Below the pieces are notes generated by a model that ran no database searches, was not told the origin of the DNA, and saw nothing but the letters and a program-made list of their open reading frames with translations. From contig JANOQV010000155.1 in NCBI GenBank assembly GCA_031414955.1, forward strand, positions 1-12,941: DNA of 12,941 nucleotides. The letters are read 5' to 3'. The stretch is from Pedosphaera sp. Lineage in GTDB: Bacteria; Verrucomicrobiota; Verrucomicrobiia; Limisphaerales; SIBH01. Shown one piece after another: positions 1 through 7,299 of the stretch. How positions within the stretch are numbered: the stretch's first letter is position 1; each line of letters begins with the position of its first letter. Both the position numbers and the translations under genes were made by a program.

Positions 1-142
1 CCCGAGCCTGCGCTGTCGCCTCCGGATCGCCGCCGTCCGAGATGTAGGTCGGGCCCACCGCGAAGAAGCCGGTCGCGATGGCCAGGTCCCGGTCGTCCGA
101 AATGAGATCCCCCGCGATCTGCGCCCGCACGAACTGGTCATG
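1..142 (-). pseudogene. 5'-truncated fragment of a DUF1549 (PSD1-type) gene, running off the left edge
   Basis: The minus frame reads HDQFVRAQIAGDLISDDRDLAIATGFFAVGPTYISDGGDPEATAQAR. This matches the DUF1549 core motif (PYDQFVREQIAGD...ATGF); the paralog in this window has KPYDQFAREILLAEG. In-frame TAA-TAG stops lie at 152-157 just upstream, so the N-terminal part is missing. Confidence 0.7.
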
Positions 143-156
143 ATTAGGAGGCTATT

Positions 157-186
157 AAATCAGGGCCGCTTCGTCAGCCTTGATTT
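157..186. terminator. Stem-loop downstream of the PPC gene, possible terminator
   Basis: AAATCAGGGC (157-166) pairs with GCCTTGATTT (177-186) at 9 of 10 positions around a 10-nt loop. It lies about 125 nt past the stop at 310. The U-tract is weak. Confidence 0.35.
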
Positions 187-309
187 CATTGTCTACGTAC
201 CTCTCTGCCGTGAGCAGTTGGTTCAATCCTTCGCAGTTTCGTCGAAGTAACCGCGGTGCCTGGTGTCTCCGATTTGATCTCGCGAAGATGAGGCGCGAAT
301 CCATGTGCG

Positions 310-1833
310 TTACTTCGCAGCGGGCTTCGCCTTTACCGTCAGCCAAAGCTGGCCGACTGAATCGACGAGCAATTTCGTGTAGCCGCCAGGGACTCCGTTG
401 TCTTCGCTGGAACTGGTCAGAGCAAACAACGCGACCCGTTCCTCCCCCGACTCCACGTCCGTGATCACGAGGCGGAGCGGCACCTGCGCAACTTTGGCGT
501 CAGCGCTCGCGACCAGTTTCAGCACGTTCTCACCGCTCTTCTCCTTCACGTCCACTGGTTCCGCGCGCAGTCCATCGGGAAGTCCTTTCAATCGCGCCTT
601 GAGCTTGCGGTCAAAGCCGCGCAGCCGCGTCACCGTGAACTTCACCTCGTTGGTTTCGCCGGCAGTCACGGTGATGAAGTTCGCCCCCAGGCTCGCCTTG
701 TAATCCGGTAGGGCGCGTTGCAGTGAGAGCCGGTAGAAGTGATTCGTGCCGCCAGCGTGCAGCAGGTTGCCCACGACGACGCAGAACGTCCCGTTCGTCG
801 GCGCTTTCCATTCGAGACGCGGGTCACGCGAGCCACTGGCGTCGTCGTTGCGGGTGAGTTCCTTGCCGATCGGGTCGGTGATTTTCAGCGTCGTGTCGAG
901 AGCGGAACCGTCGGAGGCAGCATCAATGGACGCTTCGATGAACTCGCCTTTCTTCACCTCGAAGGCGAAACAATCCTCGTCCTGCGCGCCCCCGATCACA
1001 CCACGAACGCTCGCGGGCAAAGCCACCGTCATCGCGTTGGTCAATGAGTTGTTCGGCTCTTGTTCCGCTGCGCCGACTTTGCCGCCGAAAACATCCGGAC
1101 GCTCTGTTCCTCCTGCAAGATGCAGCCGGTAAACGCAACCATCGCCGCCGGTCAACCGCACCTCCGCATCGGCGGGATGCTTGAAGCCCATCACCTGCAC
1201 GACGTAGCTGCCATTGGACGGCGCTTGCCAAATCAGGCGCGGATCGAGCGTGTCGAAATCATGGTTCCAAGTTTGTTGCACGCCATCGGGCGTCACCAGG
1301 CGCAGCAGCGCGTCCATCTTGGAAGCGAGCGTGTAGGCGTCGAGCCGTGCATCAAGCCATTGCCCGGCCTCGAGCGTCACGGCGAAGGAATCCACGTCGC
1401 CGGATTTATCGAGCCGTCCATTCACCGTCATCGGCAGCGGAGTGACAGGCTGCGCGTTGGTGAAATAGTCGTTCGGCCCGGCTTCGAGAACTTGCGCCCC
1501 GCCCGCGATGACAAAGATGCGCGGCAGGCTTGGCCCATCAGTATTGAACACCCGAAGCCAGTGCGCGCCGACCGGAGCATCCGCCGACGTCTCCACCCGG
1601 AACTTGCCCTTGTTCGTTTCGGCGGTGAAGACGACACCCGTGCAACTCACCCACACTTTCGGCGGCCACGGATCAAACTTCCCGGCGATGGTCACGACGT
1701 TCGTGGAACCACCCGTCAAGCCAGCCGGGAAGATGTGTTCGACCGTGGGCGCATCAGCCTTCGCGCTAGTGGCCGTGGCGATCACCAGACCGAGGATGAA
1801 GAGAAGCATGCTCCGACCACGCCGTCCGCCCAT
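310..1833 (-). CDS. Secreted PPC (pre-peptidase C-terminal) domain protein, about 507 aa, no protease domain seen
   Basis: The likely start is ATG 1833, which overlaps the upstream TGA (TGATG). It is followed by a signal peptide, MGGRRGRSMLLFILGLVIATATSAKA. Two internal repeats are present: EAGPND..NGRLDKSGDVDSFAVTLEAGQ..DALLRL..DPRL and EQEPNN..RGVIGGAQDEDCFAFEVKKGE..DTTLKI..DPRL. The N- and C-terminal regions are beta-rich and Ig-like. Confidence 0.85.
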   Translation of the reverse strand: MGGRRGRSMLLFILGLVIATATSAKADAPTVEHIFPAGLTGGSTNVVTIAGKFDPWPPKVWVSCTGVVFTAETNKGKFRVETSADAPVGAHWLRVFNTDGPSLPRIFVIAGGAQVLEAGPNDYFTNAQPVTPLPMTVNGRLDKSGDVDSFAVTLEAGQWLDARLDAYTLASKMDALLRLVTPDGVQQTWNHDFDTLDPRLIWQAPSNGSYVVQVMGFKHPADAEVRLTGGDGCVYRLHLAGGTERPDVFGGKVGAAEQEPNNSLTNAMTVALPASVRGVIGGAQDEDCFAFEVKKGEFIEASIDAASDGSALDTTLKITDPIGKELTRNDDASGSRDPRLEWKAPTNGTFCVVVGNLLHAGGTNHFYRLSLQRALPDYKASLGANFITVTAGETNEVKFTVTRLRGFDRKLKARLKGLPDGLRAEPVDVKEKSGENVLKLVASADAKVAQVPLRLVITDVESGEERVALFALTSSSEDNGVPGGYTKLLVDSVGQLWLTVKAKPAAK

Positions 1834-3176
1834 CACGCGAATAGCTCCTTGATCAAGCGTCCGCCGTTGACCAATTGGATCGGGCGGCCCGTGTTCGTGT
1901 GCAGCACCTGGTGTGGGTCGATGCCCATCTTCGTGTAGAGCGAGGCCGCGAAATCCTCGGGCGAATGAACATTCTCCGACGCGTAATAGCCGCGCGCATC
2001 CGTTGCGCCCACGACCTGTCCGCGCGGAATGCCTGCGCCAGCCATCAGCACCGACATCGCGCCCGGCCAATGATCGCGGCCCGCATCCTTGTTAACCTTC
2101 GGCGTGCGGCCGAATTCGCCGAGCGCGATCACCATCGTGTTGTCGAGCAGCCCGCGTTCATCCAGGTCGCTGATCATCGCGGCTAGACCTTGATCAAACT
2201 TCTTCATGAAGTCGCCGCGATACGTCTCGAAAATCTTCGTGTGATTATCCCAGCCGCCGTAATAGACAGTGACGAAACTCACGCCCACTTCCACGAGCCG
2301 CCGCGCCATCAACATGCGCTGGCCGAGATCGTTTCGACCGTAGGCGTCGCGCACCTTCGCCGATTCACGCGCGATGTCGAACGCCTGCTGCGCCTGCGGC
2401 GAGGCCACGAGGTCGATGCCCTGCTCGTAAAACTTGTCGAACGTCACGGCCGGATCTTCCGCGAGCTTCTCGGGATGGCGCTTCATCTGGTCGAGCGCGC
2501 GGCGCAATGCCTGCCGGTTATCGGCGCGCCCTTCGCTGATGGCTGGCGGCAGGACGACATCGCGCACCTTGAAGCTTTCACCGTTGGGGTTGCCATCAAT
2601 GATGAACGGCGCGTGCTGGCCGCCGAGGAAATTGGGACCGCCGGAGCGTGACACCTGCGGCATCGACATGTAGGCAGGCATGCCGTGGCGCAGGCCGCGG
2701 TCGTACGACACCATGGATCCGAACGACGGATGGAAGGTCACGAAGGCGCCGCACGCCACGGGCGTCGGCGTGGGCATGCCGGTCATCATGTAGTGATTGC
2801 CACCGCCGTGGTTGGGATCCTTGTGCCAGATCGAGCGGACGATGGTGAGCTTGTCCGCGACCCCAGCGAGCTTCGGCACGCATTCGCTGAAATGAATCCC
2901 CGGCACCTTGGTGGGGATGGGCTTGAACTCGCCGCGAATCTCGGAAGGCGCGTCCGGCTTCGGATCAAACGTCTCGTAATGCGACGGCCCACCATCGAGC
3001 CACACGAGGATGCAATTGATGTTCTTGCCGCCAGCTTTGGGCAGGGCGGACGGAACCGCCGCACCCGCCCGCATCCGCAGCAAATCGCTGAAGCCCAGCC
3101 CCAGCGTTCCGCCGAGTCCGAGCTGAATGAAGTCGCGGCGGGAAAAGCCGGCGCAGTTTCGCGTGATGCGGTTCAT
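1833..3176 (-). CDS. DUF1501 family protein with twin-arginine signal, 447 aa
   Basis: Tat motif SRRDFIQLG. DUF1501 hallmark motifs: LDGGPSHYETFDPKP, LMARRLVEVGVSFV, GGWDNH, DLDERGLLDNTMV, GEFGRTPKVN, GRDHWP, GQVVGATD. Confidence 0.95.
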   Translation of the reverse strand: MNRITRNCAGFSRRDFIQLGLGGTLGLGFSDLLRMRAGAAVPSALPKAGGKNINCILVWLDGGPSHYETFDPKPDAPSEIRGEFKPIPTKVPGIHFSECVPKLAGVADKLTIVRSIWHKDPNHGGGNHYMMTGMPTPTPVACGAFVTFHPSFGSMVSYDRGLRHGMPAYMSMPQVSRSGGPNFLGGQHAPFIIDGNPNGESFKVRDVVLPPAISEGRADNRQALRRALDQMKRHPEKLAEDPAVTFDKFYEQGIDLVASPQAQQAFDIARESAKVRDAYGRNDLGQRMLMARRLVEVGVSFVTVYYGGWDNHTKIFETYRGDFMKKFDQGLAAMISDLDERGLLDNTMVIALGEFGRTPKVNKDAGRDHWPGAMSVLMAGAGIPRGQVVGATDARGYYASENVHSPEDFAASLYTKMGIDPHQVLHTNTGRPIQLVNGGRLIKELFA

Positions 3177-3240
3177 GAGCTTTTGACGGAATGAGGCAGT
3201 TGAATCATCGAACTGAAATCAAATGTTTGCGCCATGGTCT

Positions 3241-6200
3241 TCAATGGTTGAACACAAACTCCGCCGAGTTTAGCAGCGCCCAGAAGACATCCTCCGTCGC
3301 GGTCTGGCGCGTCGCGTCCTTGGCGGCGAAGGTGGCGGCGGCCGTCTTCAATTCCGCCTCCGTCGGCGGACGATTGAAAAGCGTGAAATAAAGCTCAGCC
3401 ACAATGTCGTCCGGCGAACGCGTGCTCGCCGCGAGCGTCGCCGCGCGGCCCGTGGTTTGGGTGAGCTTCGCCTGAAGTGCCTTCGAGTTCATCATGTGCA
3501 ACGACTGCACCACGCTCGTGCGCAGGTCGCGTTCGCACGGGCAATCGCTGCTGGAGTTCGGCCGGCCAAAGGCGTCGAGGAAGTGTGACCCAATCTTGTA
3601 GCTCCACGTTTGCATCGCGCGCGCGCCGGGCGGCACGCCGTTGAATTCCTCTGGCACGCCCGTCACATCGACCACCGCGTCGAGGAGCGCCTCCGCCGGC
3701 AACCGGCGGCGCAGCGAGCGCGAGAAGTTTTTCGTGTCGGCTAGATTCCATTCGTTCGGCGCGGAGCTGAGCTGGTAGAGGCGTGATTGCAGAATCGTCC
3801 GCACGAGATGCTTGAAGTCGTAGCCCTGCCTGGCGAAGTCTGCGGCCACCGCGTCGAGCAACGGCTCGTTCACCACCGGATTCGACACGCGGAAATCATC
3901 CACCGGATCGACAAACCCGCGCCCGAAGAATCCAGCCCAAACGCGGTTCACCGCCGCGCGGGCGAAGAACGGATTCTTCTCCTCCGTCAGCCACGCCACG
4001 AGGGCGCGGCGCGGATCGGTCTTCGTGTCGTCAGCAAACGCGCCGTCGGGCGGACGCGGCTTCATCACCTCGTCGGTGAGCGGATGTTTCACCGTGCCGC
4101 CGGGCGCGAAGTAGAATGTCTCGTTGCCCGCCGAGATCGGCGGTGAGAGTCCCGCGCCCTTGTGTTTCACCGTGCCGAAGAAGGCCGCGAACTGGTAGAA
4201 GTCATCCTGACTCCACTTCTCGTTCGGATGATGATGGCACTTCGCGCACTCCATCCGCACGCCGAGGAAAAGCTGGCTGAACATCGTCGTGAGGTCGGAC
4301 GGCTCGCGGCGATCGCGGTAGATGACCGCCGGGCCGTCGCGATGATTGTTCCCTTCCGCGAGCAGAATCTCGCGCGCGAACTGGTCGTAAGGTTTGTTCG
4401 CACGGAAGCTTTCGCGCAGCCATTGGTCGAGCGTGAACACGCTCTTCACACCGACGCGGTCAGGATTCGGCCGTAGCAGGTCGGCCCATTTGTTCGCCCA
4501 GAAATCCGCGTAGGCGGGATGCGCGAGGAGACTCTCAATCCACAGCTCTCGCTTGCGCGGATTGCTGTCCGCGAGAAACGCCCGCGCCTCGTCCGCCGAC
4601 GGCAGCACGCCAATCGTGTCGAGCATGGAACGGCGGAGAAACTCGGCGTCCGTGCAAGGCTCGCTCGGGAACAAGCCGAGTTTACGGAACTGCGCCCACG
4701 CGAGGTCGTCGATGAAATTGTTTCGCGGCAGCGCGGCGTAACGCTCCTCCGGCAGCAAGCGATCCGCCGGGATGGTGATGCGCGACGCATCGACGAATCC
4801 CATGTAGCGCGCGACCACCGCGCTTTCGCCGCTGAGTTGGCCGACGCGCACGATTCCCGTTTCGTCTACGCCAGCAATCTCCTTGTCGCTCGCAGAATAA
4901 TCCGCCAGCGCGGTCACGTCGCGCGTCGTGTCATCCGAGTAATGGGCCGTGACCCGCAACGGCTGCTTCGCGCCTTTCTTGTAGCGTTGCTCGCGCGGTT
5001 CGACGTCCACGCGGACCAGCGTCGGCTCGTTCGTGTGCTGATAAATCATCCCGCCGCGAATCCAGCGCAGCAAAGTCTCATGCGTCGGCGAGCCGGGTTC
5101 GATGCGCTGACCACCGCCGTGCTCCACCGCGAGTGTGGACTTGAGCAACAACAGGCTTTCCTCCGGGGCGGCGGGGAACACGCGCCGCCCGCGACCTTCC
5201 TTCACGATCTCGGCGAAGTCAGACTTCAGATCGTAGTTGAAGACCGACAGCTTGAAGCCGTTCTGCCCATCAGCCTTGGCGTGGCACGAACCAGCAGCGC
5301 AACCCGCCCGGGCCAGCAGCGGCATCACGTCACGAACGAAGGATGGAGACGAACCATCGGAGACCGGGCGCACGACATCACTCGTAGCAGCCGGCGTCAG
5401 GAGGCTCTGATCCTTCTTAACCTTCGACTTCTTTCCGATGATTGGAGCACCTCGGCTGCTACTGGATGAAGAATCGGCGACCACAATCTCCGCCGGCCGC
5501 AGCGTCGCGAGCGTTTTGCCTTCGCTGCTCACGGCATAGACCACGCCGTCCTGACCGCCGGTGAAGGCGCGCTTGCCATCGGCGCTGACGGCGACCGCAT
5601 GCAGCGATTCCGCCCAGCGGCCCAACTGCTTCTCATCCGCCGTGGCGGAACTCTGCTCGCCGGTGTGACGTTTGAAGTTCTTAAAGGAATCCATCCCGCC
5701 ACCGTCATCCACGGCCACCACCGCGCCGCCGTTCGCCGACCACGCCGCCGCGTTGAAGCCCTGCTTGCGTCCGCCAATGGTCAGCGTGCTCTCCCGCGTC
5801 CTCACGTCCCAAACCTTGAGCTGCTTGTCCAGGCTCACACTGACCAACTCCGTGCCGTTGGTGTTGAAGCCCAGACCCGTGACCGCGCCGATGTGGCCTT
5901 CGAGCCGCGCTATCTCGCGCTGCGAAATCGCTTCCCAAAGTTTGATCACCTTGTCGCCACCTGCAGTCGCGAGCATTCCTCCGTCTGGGCTGACCGCGAG
6001 GTCTGAGATCGAATCCGCGTGCGCCAACCACGCCGCCGTCGGCCTGCCGGACTCAGCAGCGAAGAGCCTGATCCAGCCGTTCTCCGCAACGACACTGTCA
6101 GCCACCACGAGCGCGCCGCCGTAGGAACTAAAACGCAGCGCCGTCACCCGCCCGACCAGACCCGTGCGCACCGACCAGCTTGCCTTGAACCCATTCGTCT

Positions 6201-6891
6201 CCCACAAAGTCAGCTCGCGAAACGCGCCGCTCGCCAGCGCCCGTCCGTCCGGACTCCACGCCAGCGCCCGCACGGAATCACGATGCGCCTCGAAGTCCGC
6301 GACGACAGGGAAGTTCGTCGCCAGCGTGTCGTGAACGACGATGCGTTGACCGCGCCCGATCGCGAGCAACCGTCCATCCAGTGCCAGTGCCAGCGTCACC
6401 ACCGGCGCGCGGCCGGGCGGCAAGGCTTCCAGCGTCACCTCGCGCACACGCTTCTCGCCGCGCAACGCGGCATCATCCCACTTCACGCCCTCCGCGATCC
6501 ATCGACGCACGATCTCGATCTGATTCGTCGAGAGCTGTTTCTTCGGCGGCATGTGCGGATCGGCGTCCGGCTGAATCGATTTGAACAGCAGGCTCGCATC
6601 CGGCTTGCCGCTGGAGATGACCTTGCCGCTGTCGCCGCCCTTGAGCAGCGCGGTGCGCGTCTGCATGGACAACCCGCCCTTCTTCTTCTCGTCTTTATGG
6701 CACGAGAGACATTGGTCATGGAGCAACCCCATCGCGCGCTGCGGCACGTCGAGTTTGGACTTGGCCGCAGCAGGTTTCGGAGCTGCCGCCGACGACGAAG
6801 TCATTACCCCAAGCAGGACCAACAATAGCCTTGCTGCGCATAAAAATGCGCGCGAAGCCAGTCGATGCGGATGGTTGGCGGACTGATGCAC
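3241..6891 (-). CDS. Planctomycete cytochrome c + WD40 + Ig-like + DUF1549 + DUF1553 multidomain secreted protein, 1216 aa
   Basis: GTG start (exact start uncertain) and a hydrophobic signal peptide. Cytochrome-like domain: CLSCH..KKGGL..PDASLL..MPP..RRWIAEG. WD40 repeats at about 5500-6410 (AHRDSVRALAWSPDG, AHADSISDLAVSPDG..DKVIKLW, GHIGAVTGLGF..LKVWD). Second heme-like domain with CAAGSCH. Ig-like segment (TAHYSDDTTRDVT). DUF1549 motifs NNFIDD, DAEFLRR, WADLLR, FLGVRMECAKCHHHP. DUF1553 motifs NPFFARAAVNRVW, GRGFVDPVDD, EDVFWALLNSAEFVFNH. Confidence 0.93.
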   Translation of the reverse strand: MHQSANHPHRLASRAFLCAARLLLVLLGVMTSSSAAAPKPAAAKSKLDVPQRAMGLLHDQCLSCHKDEKKKGGLSMQTRTALLKGGDSGKVISSGKPDASLLFKSIQPDADPHMPPKKQLSTNQIEIVRRWIAEGVKWDDAALRGEKRVREVTLEALPPGRAPVVTLALALDGRLLAIGRGQRIVVHDTLATNFPVVADFEAHRDSVRALAWSPDGRALASGAFRELTLWETNGFKASWSVRTGLVGRVTALRFSSYGGALVVADSVVAENGWIRLFAAESGRPTAAWLAHADSISDLAVSPDGGMLATAGGDKVIKLWEAISQREIARLEGHIGAVTGLGFNTNGTELVSVSLDKQLKVWDVRTRESTLTIGGRKQGFNAAAWSANGGAVVAVDDGGGMDSFKNFKRHTGEQSSATADEKQLGRWAESLHAVAVSADGKRAFTGGQDGVVYAVSSEGKTLATLRPAEIVVADSSSSSSRGAPIIGKKSKVKKDQSLLTPAATSDVVRPVSDGSSPSFVRDVMPLLARAGCAAGSCHAKADGQNGFKLSVFNYDLKSDFAEIVKEGRGRRVFPAAPEESLLLLKSTLAVEHGGGQRIEPGSPTHETLLRWIRGGMIYQHTNEPTLVRVDVEPREQRYKKGAKQPLRVTAHYSDDTTRDVTALADYSASDKEIAGVDETGIVRVGQLSGESAVVARYMGFVDASRITIPADRLLPEERYAALPRNNFIDDLAWAQFRKLGLFPSEPCTDAEFLRRSMLDTIGVLPSADEARAFLADSNPRKRELWIESLLAHPAYADFWANKWADLLRPNPDRVGVKSVFTLDQWLRESFRANKPYDQFAREILLAEGNNHRDGPAVIYRDRREPSDLTTMFSQLFLGVRMECAKCHHHPNEKWSQDDFYQFAAFFGTVKHKGAGLSPPISAGNETFYFAPGGTVKHPLTDEVMKPRPPDGAFADDTKTDPRRALVAWLTEEKNPFFARAAVNRVWAGFFGRGFVDPVDDFRVSNPVVNEPLLDAVAADFARQGYDFKHLVRTILQSRLYQLSSAPNEWNLADTKNFSRSLRRRLPAEALLDAVVDVTGVPEEFNGVPPGARAMQTWSYKIGSHFLDAFGRPNSSSDCPCERDLRTSVVQSLHMMNSKALQAKLTQTTGRAATLAASTRSPDDIVAELYFTLFNRPPTEAELKTAAATFAAKDATRQTATEDVFWALLNSAEFVFNH
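5384..5462. repeat. GTAG-headed REP-like inverted-repeat element inserted in frame within the CDS
   Basis: Perfect 10-bp terminal inverted repeat: GTAGCAGCCG (5384-5393) and CGGCTGCTAC (5453-5462). Inner arms are degenerate (AGGCTCTGATC vs rc AGGTGCTCCAATC) around an AT-richer spacer. It is translated as SSRGAPIIGKKSKVKKDQSLLTPAAT in the interdomain linker. Confidence 0.7.
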
Positions 6892-6928
6892 GGGTCAATG
6901 GACGAAAGCAAACCCTGTCACGTTCAGA

Positions 6929-6969
6929 CGCATGAAGGAAAATCAGCCTGGCCGTTTTTCCTTCGTGCG
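6929..6969. promoter_or_regulatory. 14-bp stem-loop or dyad upstream of the DUF1549 gene
   Basis: CGCATGAAGGAAAA (6929-6942) pairs with TTTTCCTTCGTGCG (6956-6969) at 13 of 14 positions around a 13-nt loop. It lies about 38 nt upstream of the GTG at 6891. Confidence 0.45.
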
Positions 6970-7118
6970 AGGCTGCCAGAGTGGTCGCATCGCCGTGTGG
7001 CCGGGCGCGAGATGCGTGATGCTCTTTTCCGTGCAGTGAACAAATCGATCTGTCCATGAAAGGCGTCCTCGCCACTTGTTGCTGTGGGCGTGTCTTGAGT
7101 TCATCACCGAAATCTCCT

Positions 7119-7185
7119 TCCCTGCCGGTCGCGGCTCATTTCGACAGCGCAGTCTGCACCGCAACAGAGCCGCGACCGTCCGGGA
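7119..7185. repeat. REP-like inverted repeat (GAGCCGCGACCG type) in the divergent intergenic region
   Basis: CGGTCGCGGCTC (7126-7137) and GAGCCGCGACCG (7167-7178) form a perfect 12-bp inverted repeat. It extends to 19 bp with 2 mismatches and has a 29-nt spacer. Confidence 0.65.
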
Positions 7186-7299
7186 GTGATAGGTGCCGGG
7201 CATATGCCGGATCGACCGACGGTGGGTCATCAAAAATGCGCCCGTTCTCATTCCTTGCTTTACCGCCGCTTCATCGCAGATGAACATGCTTCCAAAAAA

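Noticed and set aside
146..151. Perfect AGGAGG Shine-Dalgarno-like hexamer on the plus strand; also considered as part of an IS end
   Set aside because: No start codon at a suitable spacing, and no partner inverted repeat or transposase is visible.
155..346. 63-aa ORF in frame with the DUF1549 fragment, considered as a stop read-through N-terminus
   Set aside because: Two consecutive stops separate them, and the peptide does not resemble the DUF1549 N-terminal region.
1060..1938. 292-aa plus-strand ORF
   Set aside because: Antisense shadow of real genes in high-GC DNA, with no recognisable motifs.
1834..2070. N-terminal extension of the 586-aa ORF call (310..2070)
   Set aside because: It overlaps the conserved DUF1501 C-terminus in another frame. 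The signal peptide and the TGATG coupling point to a start at 1833 (or the Met at 1810 region).
3200..3218. Small CAGTT/AACTG hairpin between the DUF1553 and DUF1501 genes
   Set aside because: A 5-bp stem is too weak to call as a terminator or processing site.
4519..5469. 316-aa plus-strand ORF, and similar ORFs such as 6019-6828
   Set aside because: Arg/Ala-rich antisense shadows of the DUF1549 gene.
7186..7299. Longer start for the S9 peptidase
   Set aside because: The 38 extra residues would bury the signal peptide and begin at the edge of a repeat. ATG 7300 fits better.
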